A stretch of DNA of 64,000 nt from Microthyrium microscopicum (Eukaryota). The stretch's first letter is position 1. Every line of letters begins with the position of its first letter. The stretch is taken from the NCBI GenBank assembly GCA_010405405.1, contig MU004239.1:310001-374000 (forward strand). The letters run 5' to 3'. The position numbers and the translations under genes are program-made. Below are positions 24,347 to 37,754 of the stretch, piece by piece. A model generated the notes under the pieces. It worked only from the letters and a program-made list of their open reading frames with translations, did no database searches and was not told where the DNA came from.

Positions 24347-27300
24347 GCTATGTCCTAGTCTTGAGTCTGGGCAGAAGTATCTGAAATGTACAGGTCTGTA
24401 TCTCTCCTCTTGACGATACATGTCATTGACGACCTTGCTCAATACCGTGATACCTTGAAGTTCACTGATCAAACGATCAACTATAACCATCGCTGCTGGT
24501 GCTCAATGAGTCGGATCAAGACATTGAAAACATGCGGAAAGAAGTATCTTGCTTTTTGGCATAATCAGTCTTGGACCCTCGATATCAGGCCTCCTACTCC
24601 TCTTCTCCACCGTTAGACTTGAAGTTGCACAGCCGTTGAACCTCCAGTTCTTCGGCTCGCTTCATTCTGGGCGCCTAACCCCGCAAGCAAATATTCAGAT
24701 AATGTTTCAAGAACAGCCACAACCGAGCAAGTCTATCGGCCCTTTCAAGCATTTGGAATTGTCATAATTCATCATGACTTCGAGAATCTGCAGTCTTTGA
24801 GGATAGAGCTGAGCGCATTGCACGACAATGATCATACAGACTGGAACAGAGCAGTCATGTACCTGATCGTCGTGATATCTGGACGTATCTTGCGTGATAT
24901 GAAGATAGATCTTGACAAGGATAGGGAATTACAAATGCCACGTTGGATCTTTTCAACCAGCTTCTCGGTTTGGAGTGATCCACTGCGGAACCACTGGACG
25001 CCGAACGATGATGTATGATTGATGTTTCAAAACAACCTTCGAATATTCTGCGTTATTTTGTGGTTGTTGAAGATGAATAACAGCTTCATCCTTCCTTTGA
25101 ATGGAATTTACGGACGAGTTCTTGCAGAAAGCGAACTGCTGATCGGTATTAGGAGCGTTCTCGACACACCATTGACATTCGCGTTATCGGAACATAGAAT
25201 CCCACGTTTTCTAAACAATCAGGCCAAAAAAGTCCGCCTCTCGCTTCTACGCGGAGCGCGAAAAGAACATTTAATTCAAGACTGTACCTCACCGCTCTTT
25301 AGACACGTTTTCAACAGATAGTATTTTGATACCCCGGAAAGAAATCACAGAGGGAACCATATAGGGGTGGGCCTGGGATAAATAAACTCTCCGCTGTCCA
25401 ACAACTCCGCTTACAATGCGCTTTTGCACGCCTGTACCTTGCAGCGCGGGACAAGGGGTGTACATCATGCGGGCAGATCCATGAATCGAGCTCGAGCGCG
25501 ACTGGATCCGTCTAATTGGACTCGTTGCAAACTCTTTATCGGCAGAAAGAATCTGCTGACGTCGAGTCTTGTAGCGGACACAGCATATTGTCTGCATGTT
25601 TCCTTTGCAGCGGGCGGTTGAAACGCGGGCTCATTGGCTGGAGGAAGTTAGTTTCCGGTCAGAGACTAGATCGTTTGCGGCTGAGGGTTAGAGGCGGCTT
25701 CGCGAAGAGTTTGAGACGTGAGGTGAGTTCTTTTTGGGCGAGCGTCTACATAAAGCGTTGGGAAACATGTTCAGAGTTCGGTGTGGGGCACTGGGGAAGA
25801 AGGATGGCGAAGTCTTGATTGCGAATGCTGGAAAATACGATCTTGGAAGTGAACGTTGAAGCCATGTTCCACCCTCTTTGAGTTAGCGGGCAAGGGAGCG
25901 GTTCAGGGATATGGGCATGTCCTGCATTAGGCAGGGGAAATTCTAGGTACAGAACTTATACTTTGATCTTGAGGTTCATCTGTCTAAAAGTGTTGAAGGT
26001 AGTAGTTGTGGCATTATTGGTTTCTCGATGATATTTGACCTTGAGGCCAGAACATCCATGAACTTTGAGTGTCGTACAATTTTAACAACTACCGGTATTA
26101 CCAGGCCAGACCCAGGTCTTGCCTTTACAGCTCGATTTGGATGGTTGACAGCACTGTACATGAAATAGGCGCCCATATGGCTTTTGAGGCTTGCGGGGAC
26201 ACGTCGATTCGCAACTCCTTGACGCTCGATCGACCATACACCACGATACCTCTTCATTTCCCATCCCTCCCTCAAAATCATCTGAGAGGAGCATGACTTT
26301 TGAAAGGCAATACCCAATGCAGCGGTTAGATCCGCGAAAAGGGAAGGTGCAAAGCCAAGTTCATCTCGCTTTGGGTCAAAACCGGCCCCCAGACCTTGAA
26401 TTGTGTGGGACAAGCAACGAATTAAGCTACAAAGTGGCAGCACAGTGACAGTTTGGACGTTATGGAACTACCGCGGTGGCTTGCAAGCCCAGCCAATAAT
26501 CTGTAAAGTGATGGCGACTTTTTGGTTGCACCCCTAAAGATGGAGAGGCTGACCTGTCCAATTACAGGGGCGTTATCAAGCCGCATGGCCACCAACGACG
26601 ATGGATCATAGCCATGAAGGTCGGTACTTCCATACTACCAGGCCTGATTTAAGCGAATGATTACTGCGTGGGCATTGCAGGTAGAGTCATATCAGGTTTG
26701 AGTATAATTGTTGACAGCGATAATGGAAGCGGCTCTCAAGGCAGGATACTCTGCTTTGCGTTAACTATTGCGAGGTATGTACGACAAGAATATACTCACG
26801 CCATTGACTGTTCTTCCAATCTTCGATGCAGGTAGAAGAACAGCAGGCAATTTTCCGCACGGTGCTTGCTTTTGAGCTTTATTCAAAAGCTTCAATCTGA
26901 GGGGGCCAGTCGGGAGTGGCTCTGCCGAATGAACACGAGAAAAGATGTGACCTGCCATGCAGCAATCAATCTGCAGGAGGCTTGAGAGGCATCGGAAGAA
27001 GTAGAGACAATACCCCTGTATCTTTCTATATGATAGATTGAAGTTGGAAAAGTAGCGGGAGAGGATAGTGATGGACTAGGTGAATGCATGGGTGTAGGTT
27101 TGAAATGCTTGATATTAGGGGTTAGAGTAAGACAAGGATATCGGTTGATAGCTACTAAAATCAAGATGTATTGTGTCATTTTCATACTATTTGCTTGAGA
27201 ATTTCTCGAGAGTCCATGTCAATTGCTAGTGCCTTTTCGAAATGGGATATATTGAAGTCTGAACTAGGCAATGAATGAGATGATAGATGGACAGATAAAT

Positions 27301-28280
27301 TATAAGCAACAAGCAATGTCATACTGAGAGTATTCACGTTCGAACTATAGAGTACTACTATAAACAACCAGATAATAGCATTGTCCACACTATAACGTTT
27401 GGCGTGGAGGTTTGGTGATCCGACCATGAGCTCAAACACTAAGTAATATGTTGTAGCAGCGTATACTATATCCATGTGTATTATACCTGTGGCAAATTCC
27501 GGGTAGAAAGTGGTCAGACACGAAGCAAACGCGAGAATGTCGAGATGGGAATAGAAGTAGAGGTTTAGAAGTTGAAGCGGCATAAGATACAGGTTCGCAT
27601 GAGAGGAATACCTACTGTATGATACTTGGCTTGAGCCCTCATGCTCACCACCATGCGACTCCTCATTAGGCAATTGACAGCACCAATGATTAGATATTGA
27701 CGTGAATTGTCTAGAGTCTACTTAGAGTAGTGCTCCTTATGCTGGTTGGTAGTCTTGAGTGTCTCTGCTCTGCTTGTATCTTGATCGCTTCATTCTTCAA
27801 CCACGAGAGGTACTAGAGTACGGAGTAGTATCCTACATGTCAAGGACCAACCACGATCCATCGGGATATTTACAGAGTGCAAACACCCATTAGATCTTGA
27901 TCAGTGCTGAATGGTGTGGTTAGTGCAGGTGTACAGTGTGACTCTGTTTGCTGCCGCCCTTGGCGCTTGGGTGGTCGTCCAGCCAGAGCAGAGAAACGGG
28001 TGCAGGCACCTCTGTGCTCCTCAATCAATCCCCTTACTCTCTCTTCTCATCCACTCATTTTTCTGTCCCCAGTCTTGCCCATCTCGCGGCCTCGTTGCCG
28101 TTGGCCCATTCATTCATTCCTTCGACAAATGTTCCTTCTATTGCAGTTGCAATTGCTCTGGGTCAGATCTAGAGATCCTCTGTGAGCAGCAGCTGCCACT
28201 CTGGCCAACAAGCGGCGCCAACTACGCCTGTCCTGGCCTGCCACGGCAATCAACGCCTGAGACGAACTCCAAACTCAACC

Positions 28281-31200
28281 ATGTCGCATAGCACCCTCCC
28301 TTATGCTGCCCACCCTACTCCAGCCTCTGACACTGACATCCACCATATACCGTCTTCGTCTTCTCGAACCGCCCAGCTTCGCTACCAGGTCACCAACCCG
28401 CCTGTCCAACCTGATCCTCCCCGCCTGCTTCGACCCTCTCATTCCCATTCTACCCTGGCCGACAGTATACGGGCTCTGCGAGATTCTTCCTCCATCTCCA
28501 ACACCAATCCTACCTCTCTCTCGGCCGCTTCCTCACCCGTCGAATCGCTGGCGAGTCGTCGTAGAGCAAACAAGCCGAGTCCATTGCCCGTGGCCTCATC
28601 ATCACACAACACCAAACTCTACCTTCGCGAAGGCCTTCACTCTCCGCTTTCTCCCACCTCGCCTTTCGCCTTGCCAACTCTTCCGACCTTACCATCTACC
28701 CCCAGAGATCGATTAGACGCGCTCTTCTCTCCACCTGTTGGCAGCCCAAGTAGAGATACGTCTGTTGCCAATCTTTCTCCGAGAACTGTCTCCGATTCCA
28801 ACGCTCTGCGTCAACAATCATCTTATGGTCAGCTACGCAAGCCTTCTCTTCCCTCTATCTTGTCTCACCCTCGCCAAACGCCCCCGCCGCTTTCACCGAC
28901 CACCCTAACCCAATTGCGCCCCAATATTGGTTCAGTGATGCCTCGAAACCCATCTATAGATTCTACCGTCTCGTCTGTATCATCAACATCACAACTAGCA
29001 CGGCCTGTTCAAGCTGGGGTTAAAGGAAATGCGGACAACGATGAGAACTTTGATCCGGCGTCTTATGTAGCGCAAGCTGGCTCAGTAGAAGCAGCTCTTC
29101 ATCACTTGTGGAAAGAGAACCAGAATTCCACGGCACATAATTCTCAGCTATGGCGACTAGTAGAGAAACAAAGATCTATTCTACTGGGCTTGCAGAAAGA
29201 TCTCGACAAAGCTTGTAAAGAGCGAGAAAGATACCGGAAGAAACTAAAGGATCATCTGGCCCAATGTTCTTCTTCATTGACTGGCGCGTTACCTCAAGCG
29301 TCCTCGCTACAAAGAAGAGATACTGCCAGTCCTTCGCCTGCTCCCAGCGAACCGATCAGTGAATATTCCTCCAAGACCTTGAATGTGGCAACCAATTTTC
29401 GTAATGCCTCGTCCCAAGCAAGTAGCGAAGCGCCGTCTCCCAAGTTTGCTGTCCAGCCTACGCCCTCAACCTCCAGAAAGCCTGTCGCTACACGGAATAG
29501 CCCTCTTGAAAAATTAATGGATCAAGATCAATCGTTTGATGCTGAGGAAAAGCGTCGAACGGCGATTGCTATTCCACCGAAAGCACCACAGTCTCCAGTT
29601 TCTCCACTAGGCTCTAGCTCAGATCGTACAAGCCTTGATGCATCTCCAGTAACGTCGATCAGCGCAATCGGAGAACATTCATTGGAAAGAATGGGCACTC
29701 CGCTAACAGAACCTTCTGTAGTCACCGAAGTCTCTCCAATTGAACGAGAACCACCAGCAAAGAAAATCGAGGCATTCAAGCCTCCAGCTGTCTCGATAGT
29801 CGGCGCAAAGGCTACACCACCTCCATCTTCCAACCCACCAGCCCCACCCTCTGTTGCTATAACAAATCCCACTCCTATAGTTGATGCCGGGTCGTTCCCA
29901 AGTCCTCCTAAACCTTCGATGGCGAACCGTAAACCAGTCCCTAAACCTTTGAATCTGGTGCAATCCAATCTTTCGCCAAGTCATGAGAAAAGCCGTTTCG
30001 CAGATCTCTCGCCTATCATTGCAGTGCGCGATGCTGGCCAAGTCGCCGAGGAGGTTGATCGAGGCCGAAGAAGAACCCGACGGGATGATGACATGGCGCG
30101 CGAAGCCATTGCAATCAAAGAGGAGGAAGTGAGAAGCCTGTCCAAAAAGAGTGTGAGCAAGAAATCAAAGTCGAAAAGCACAGGGACAACTCCCCTTGCT
30201 TCCCCTTCGACCACACCATCTCTGCAACATCCAAGTACTAGCATCATTGCAGCTTCACCAAAGATTGAGATTCCCCCATCTCCTCGACTGCCACCGCCCA
30301 ACGCGTCTTCATTGTTGAGCCCAGTTGGATCAGAATCCTCGATGCATTCCACTCGAATTCAACACACAAGCTTGACAGCGCCATTGCTCAGCCCAGGTCT
30401 GCCAATGAGCCCTCGACCTGGTCATCGGCCTGCTAATTCCCCTGCTCCACGACACCCAAAGCAAAATTTGAGCATTTCTTCAGTTAGCAACTCACCTCCA
30501 TCGCCTGCGGCTCAGACACCCAGCACAGGCTCTTCTCTGCAGGCCAATGCTTCACCTGCTTTTGCACCAGTGCAAAGCTTGAGTGTCAAGGAGCCTGACG
30601 CCGTACCCTCGCCTCTGTTTTCCAAGAAAAAAGAGCCCCCTATTCAGGTGGATCCACCAAGAAGAGATGCCCCTAAAGCGCCGGTCTCTGCACCCGTAGT
30701 TGTTGACAATGCGCCTATAGTCCCACAAGTGGCCGCACCCGTGCAGCCACCCATGGCCCATCCAGCACCAGTGGTTACATCCTCTATGGACCCAGTACCA
30801 ACCCAAACAGGAAGCAAGTCAGAAGCCATGGCGACACACGCAATTTTTACCGGACTAGTTTCAGACCAGTATCCTGGCTTATTGCTTCCTCCCAATGCCC
30901 TGCCCTCAATCGATGTCAAAGTGTTCTCATCTCGACTCCGCCCGTCCAGAAATAGCATAATGCTGTCGTTAGAGGAAGATCCAGTATTTTTGCTTGGCAT
31001 ATACGCCCGCTCGGATGGCAGACAGCTTTGGCGGTTGGAGAAGACATCTCAAGCTCTCCCTTCTCTTCACGCACAAGTGAAGTCTCTTTGTCAGTTTGAC
31101 GGCAGATTGCCTGATGCTTCGCTGTTCCAGGGCCATTCTCCTGCTAAAATCGATGCGAGAAGAGCTGCTTTAAATGCATATTTCGACATGCTTTTGGATA

Positions 31201-33492
31201 CACCTCTGAATGAGGATGCGGCTCTTGTTGTCTGCCACTTTTTCTCCACTGATGTAATGGAACCAGAGAAAGAACCCGTAGTTGTCCCAGTTGCTCCTCA
31301 GCCAAAGAAAGGCAGCATTTCGAAGCTCAATGTGCGTCCGTTACGAGATGGATATCTCACCAAGCGGGGAAAGAACTTTGGAGGCTGGAAGGCGCGGTAC
31401 TTTGTACTTGATGGTCCTGAGCTCAGATACTACGATTCACCAAGTGGTCCTCAAATTGGCACCATCAAACTGTACCATGCGCAGATCGGAAAACAGTCGA
31501 ATAATAGAGCCTCTGCAGAATCTCCAATGGGACGAACCGATGACGACAATCAATACCGGCATGCCTTTCTCATTCTTGAACCCAAGAAAAAAGATTCGTC
31601 TTCACTTGTACGACACGTTTTATGTGCAGAAAGTGACGAAGAGCGAGACGCCTGGGTCGAAGCTTGCATGGCTTATGTAGATGTCCTTTCGGAAAAGAAG
31701 ACGCGTCAAAGTACGGTCCCTAAAGGGTCAGGCGGTCCTACATCTCAAGCGCAATACCCGAATCTTGTACCTGCACCATTGCAAGCTCCCCAGCAGCCAA
31801 CTTTAATGGAGAACAATGGAAGAGAAGCTTCCCAAGAACGCGACACAACTCCATCCTCTCAAGCTTCGATGAGAGACAATCCTGGCCACGAATCACGTGC
31901 TTTCGGCTCGTCGAATACAGGCAGCATTCGACGCAACGAGTCTTCTCAGCCTCGCTCATCTTCTAGATTGGAACAAGAACAAAACCAAACTCTTGGGGTT
32001 AGCTATGAATCCACAATACAAGCTGAAGCTCCCATAATAGGTCATTCCCCTTATCATACTCGGAATAGTCCAGACCTCAGCAATGGCAGCTTCCCCAGAA
32101 GCCAACAGATGATGCCAAACAATCAAAGTCAATTCAGCATATCCGGGCCCAAAAATGGTTCGGTAATCTCTGATATGGCTTCATGGGGTCTTAAGACTCC
32201 TGCTCGAGAAAAGAAACGTAGTATCTTTGGCTTTGGCTCTCGTGGCCGGTCATCTTCGGACACTAATACTCCCCAATTGGGCAAGGAACCCTCTCCAGCA
32301 CGCGCCACTCCTGTACAAATGGAAAGATCGACTTTACGAAATGTGTTCGGTATGCCTCTTGCCGAAGCAATTGAAATCTCGCCCCCTGAAGGTGTAGACG
32401 CGCAGATTCCTGCAGTTGTGTATCGCTGTATTGAGTATCTAAGAGCCATGAAAGCTGTGGACGAAGAAGGTCTGTTCCGTCTCAGCGGATCGAACGTCAC
32501 TATCAAGGGACTGCGCGAGCGCTTCCAGGTAGAAGGAGATGTCAATCTTCTAGAAGGCGAATACTACGACATTCACGCTGTTGCTTCTCTACTCAAGCTC
32601 TATCTGCGAGAGCTTCCAAACTCCATTCTAACACGAGACCTACACATGGAGTTTTTGGAGCTAAACAAAATCAAAGACCCTCAGAATAAGGATAAAGAGA
32701 CGCATGAAAAGGTTCTTGGCGCCAGCATGCTTATGCAGAAAGTCCCAGAGCCAAATTACTATCTTCTAAAAGCATTGTGCTCGTTTCTCATGGAAGTAGC
32801 GGGCAACTCAGACAGGAACAAGATGACTGTTCGAAATTGTAAGTGTCATTTCTATCATTGTTCCGCCAATTCTTACTAACTGATCTACAGTGGGCATAGT
32901 TTTTGCCCCGACTCTCAATCTTCCCGCCTGGCTCATACAGCTCTTCACCGAACACTTTGACGAGATCTTCAGCGACACTTTTGTTGACGATAGTGCCTCC
33001 CCCATCAAGGAAGTCTTGGTGGAGGCGCCGCCTCCTCCCGACGCCATCCGCTCTCCTCGCCACCAGATGTTTTCTGACCTGCCAACACCCGCTCATAATC
33101 AGACGTCTTTTGCTGGCTTCCAGCCAATGGGTGCCGCCCAGCCTGTCAAGCAGATGCAGCGGAGCACATATGTGCCTACAGGCTCCCAGCAGCATGCCCA
33201 GTATGCCCCTCAGCCGCATAATGAGTATGCTGGGCCACAACAAGCACCGTATGGCCAGCAATATCAGCATCAATCGTACCATCCACAGTACCAGTACCAA
33301 CCATCGATGAACTCGCAGCAAGGCGGCCATGCTGATGGTAACTACGGTTCGCTCAACGGTATGCTTCCGCAGGGTCAGCAGCAATTAGGCCCTCCCGAGT
33401 CTCGCCGAAATCGTCGTGAGAGTGCGATGATGGGCATGGATATTGGCCTGGTTGGTCAGCGACAGGCGCCTCGACAGACATTGCGCGAGTAG
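28281..33492 (+). CDS. BEM3: Rho GTPase-activating protein with PX, PH and RhoGAP domains (Bem3-like)
   Basis: First ATG 28281. Coiled coil QLWRLVEKQR, PX-like HSPAKIDARR, PH GYLTKRGKNFGGWKARYFVL, RhoGAP EEGLFRLSG (Arg finger) and SLLKLYLRELP. Intron 32839-32890 joins NKMTVRN|LGIVFAPTL. Confidence 0.88.
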
Positions 33493-34401
33493 TGCCTGCG
33501 CAGGATATATCCGGCTGGACTTGCTCGCTGCTAAAAATCACCGGAACCCGACTTTCAGTCTCTGACTCTGTTCAGCAACTCGGTCAGCATATTCATCCCG
33601 CGGACTACGCACAACTTCTGGTATTCTTTGGATCAACCGCCATGCTTTGCTTTCCTGACTTTCGAGCTTCGATTGATACCCATTCCATCGATCTATTTTT
33701 CAATCATGTTATACTTACTTTCTAATACATTTGCGCTGCACTAGACGATCAGCACCACTCAGGAGCTGTTACACCGCGACTAATTTACTGGACTTGACAC
33801 AGCTGGAACTATTACTTATTTGCATTCAACCAGCCAAACCGGCTTGTCAGCGTGTGCCCACATTTTACCTTTATTTCAGTCTTTGCTTTTATTTTGGACG
33901 TTTTATTCCCCCCCGCCGTTGAGCTGTTTTGGATAGATAGGCGCAAAAATGTATGATACGCGTACTGGAAGACCCCAAAGACTTGGATGATGATGGAAAT
34001 TGTGTTGTTGTGTTGTTTTCTTGTAATGCTACACACTGGTTACAACGCGTTGCGAACTTGACACCCTTATATACATAGTAACGTTTTGAAATGATAGCCT
34101 CCTGTTTATACATTTATTCCACCTCCAGCTTCCCGTATCCCTATCCTCTCGCTCCAAGAAAGCCGCTTCACGCGACATCGAATGCTAGGTCGCCTGATGA
34201 AGGAAAATCGGCGTAGGGTTATAAACATATATGATAAATGTGGTATCAACTAATTCTGGAACCGTTCTGGTTGTCAGGTCCTCTAAATCTCTGCCCCTCC
34301 TGATCCCCTCGCGTCCCCGATGCTTCATTATAACGCCGTATAGATTCGGTGAACAGTATTTAGTTTTCTGCTCGTTGAACAACTCATATCCCTGTCTCTT
34401 A

Positions 34402-36650
34402 TTATATCTCCGCTCTAGGATCATCCGCCGGTAAACACGGCCCATTGGCGATACAGAACCGTCTACTGTAAGAAAATCCAAATGGCCTATTCTTACTGCC
34501 TTTATTGTTATTGTTACCGCCCTTCTGGTTTCCCTTGTTCTGCTTATTGTTGTTGTTGGGCGAGAGGGTGTAAATGGGGATGTTGAGGGTTAGATATGGC
34601 CCGATTGTTATACGAGTCGTTGTTGAGCGGCTTGTCCGTCGGCTGCTGGGCTTGCTGGACTTGTGGCTGCTGCTGGATGTGTGGGTGTGTGGTGCGTTGA
34701 CGTTGGAGGATTGGAAGGCTTGGCCGCCCCAGGTGCTGGTTGTCCAGGTCGGTGGGTTTGGCTTGCCCATGTCCCAGGCACTTCCGCTGTCCCAGGGCGC
34801 GCTGGATGTGGTTTTGGATGGTTGGGCGCCGGGTTGGCCCATGTCCCAGCCGGGGGGTCCCCATCCGCTACTGCTGTTGGCGCTGTTGGCCGGGTTGGAG
34901 GTGCTTGAGGGGCGTGGGGTGAATGTGTAGGCTGGGTCGAATGTAGGTGCTGGTTGTGGGCGGGTTGATGTTGTGCTGGCGGTGTTGGAGAGTGCGGTTT
35001 GTTGACCGAATGGGTTGGGTAGAAATTCCCAGCCAAAGGGGTTGGTGGGTAGCGCGGAAGCGGAGCTGATGGTTGATACGAGTGTAGATGTGATCATGAC
35101 AGTAGAGGTGAATACGGCGGTGTAGGTGGTGTAGACGGTTGAGTAGACGGTGGGAACATTAGTGGTGATTATGACAGTGATGACACCGGGTGGACCGGCA
35201 GGGACTGAAATGATAGTCGGGGCGGGTTGCTCGAGGTTGGGATTTGGTATGATGCTATTGCTGGTTATTGTGCTGGGTCCAGTTCCTGTTGAAGTATCTT
35301 TGTTGCCCATGCCGCCAGTGTTGGGATCTTGGCTAACGGTTTGAGTTATGCCGCCCGTGACGATGGTGAGAGCACTGGTGATGGTGGGTGTGACTTGTGA
35401 GATTATGGTCTTTGAAGTACTGGCCGCTCCTTTGGGATCAGGGGCGTTATCGTTAACAAGATAGATGATCGATATGCCCATGACAGGCTCAAGCCCTCCT
35501 TTACTTCCAATCATGGGTTCGTATGCATTAAGGTCGTAGTATGAGATGAGGCCAAACTTATCTCCAGGAGAATAGTCTCCAGGCAAGTAGCAAAGAGGCA
35601 TTTTGGATATATGTTTCCGAACTGCCGATTGCTTATGTGGAATGTAACCCAGGCCTGCCATGTCAGGCATTTGCATAGGTATGTTATCAATGTATTCAGG
35701 AAGAAGGCCGTAAGTTGGTATAAAGTCGCAAAGTTTCTTGCTGTTTTTAGTTATTCTGCAAAGTGTGCCCCCTATTTCAATTAGCATTCACAGTCCAGGC
35801 CATATTTGAATGCTTACCGTCGTGTAGATGTCCTCCGGCCGCGAGAATCTTGCCGCTTGTTTTGATCATCACGTCTGGAGTATGAAACTCAAATGTGGTG
35901 GTGTTTTTGGGAACATCGGCTTCTGATTCTCCACAGACGCCTGTGATATCCAACCATAACGCATCTACCGGTCCAAAGTCTTTTCGTAGAGTAGGGACGT
36001 ATTCGAACTCGAGTGTCAAGATTGCGTCTCGTTCCTCGGCGTATTCATTCATTAGCTCGATGGTGATTCCCATATTGGAGCTATCCAATAGAGGAAATCC
36101 GGTCTTTGATTGCCTAGGAATGGTCAGTCATGGTTTGTACTGATACAGTTGAAACCCACCCATTGATGGATAAGTCTAGCCTTGATCGCTCATTTCCACT
36201 GGCAAAAAATCGATATGGCATGGTTGCACATGCCAAGTCTTGCCGTCCAAAATCATATAAAACCGCATGATGGAGCCACATTCCCGTATTAGTATTCGCT
36301 ACTGTGCCATTGGGATATTCCAAACCCGCCCGAAGACCAGTAATGTAGCAGTCTGTACATGGTTTCTCTGCTGCCTGGTCGTTGAATTCCTTCATACCAT
36401 GTGCTTCTTTTGACGAGGGAACAGTATAAGGTCCATATCGCATGAGCACCCTCTTGGCACCATATTCTTTGAAATGTAGGGGTTCGAGATCGGTGTGGTT
36501 TAGTTGCGCGTAATTCGACTCGATGAGTCTCACGGGAGAACTCAGGAACCACTGTCTATCCCGTCGCGGAACATGGAGCGCTTGTGAGGGAAGGATCAAG
36601 CCCGCGAGCCATGCTAAAATCAGTAACGACAGTTTCGGATACCGATCCAT
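34402..36650 (-). CDS. Secreted protein with putative type II copper monooxygenase-like (PHM/DBH) core and Ser/Thr/Pro-rich tail
   Basis: ATG 36650 with signal peptide. Introns 36114-36159 and 35772-35817 (46 nt each, frame-preserving). Motifs WLHHAV, GGHLHDG, PGD, EPVMG. 3' end uncertain. Confidence 0.7.
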
Positions 36651-37754
36651 TTTGCACAACTCCAACAGCGAATTCCTAGGGAAGCATAGCGAAAGACACG
36701 AGGTTAGCTGAAGGATAGCAAAGGACAGCAAAGGACCGAGGAGGCGATATGAACAGCCTGAGCAAAAAATAGAGGGTACTAAATTAAATGCATACTCTGG
36801 GCGCCGGAACGAGTACCATGCCCGCAACTTTACCTATTCAGTTGGGTGACTTGTACATGTAATTAGCCAGATCTAATAAGGACGATGAACCTTGGCGGGA
36901 AATAAGGGACGTGGGTCTAATCTTGTCTATATGCCCGATTTGCAATGGTCTCATTTGCTGTAAGGCAATGGCTAATAGCGGCAGCATGGCCCTGTACGGC
37001 GTAAAGTGATTGAAGGCGGACAATTGTCCGTGGGGCACGGGCTTGACAAGACCAGAAACACGATGGACCAGGGCTTATCAGAATAGTACCTGAAGGATGC
37101 TATACGGGGCCATCTCCTTAATCCCAGCTCTTAATAGCAGATTCCGAGCCAAATCTGGCTGATAAAGATAGACCGTCTCGCCTCAAGATCTCTAGAGAGC
37201 GGCGCATGCTGGGAAGGGCATGGAGAATCTGGCTTGTCTGGTTTGATGAACGAAGATCAGCCTTGCAGTGCAGCAACTAGAGAATGACATGTGAAAAGAC
37301 ATCTGGATGGATGACAGCACGAAGCTGTAGCAATTCGCTGGATTCCTGCTGGTCTTGGACTCGGTAGGAATTTAGAAAGGAGGTTGGGATATGTCTGGAA
37401 TAGGAAGGCGTGATACTCGACAGGCGCTGGGTCCGTGCCTGCGGAATGTTCCTTCTTCAATCTTCAATCTTCAATCTTCAGCTTCTTTGCTCTTTCCGTC
37501 GTTCCTGCATTTCCAACACCTATTACCTTATTGAAATTTTCCACGAGGTTCTCCACATCGCAGCCCACATGCCATCTTACATCCACGCGACACTAGTCTA
37601 CAAGCATCCACCTGATTGCAATCATGAAGTTCATTATCATCCACTTCTCCCAACTACAACCTCTTTACAGCCGCTTATGCGGTCTACTCAATCGCCCCGG
37701 TAGTAAAACTAATCATTGACAACCATATATCTTTCAACAAAAAACACTGTCACT

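Noticed and set aside
28182..28280. GTG-initiated N-terminal extension of BEM3
   Set aside because: The ORF track allows bacterial starts. The first ATG at 28281 has good context (CAACCATG).
37454..37480. (TCTTCAA)x4 microsatellite
   Set aside because: Short simple repeat in a pyrimidine-rich promoter; unremarkable.
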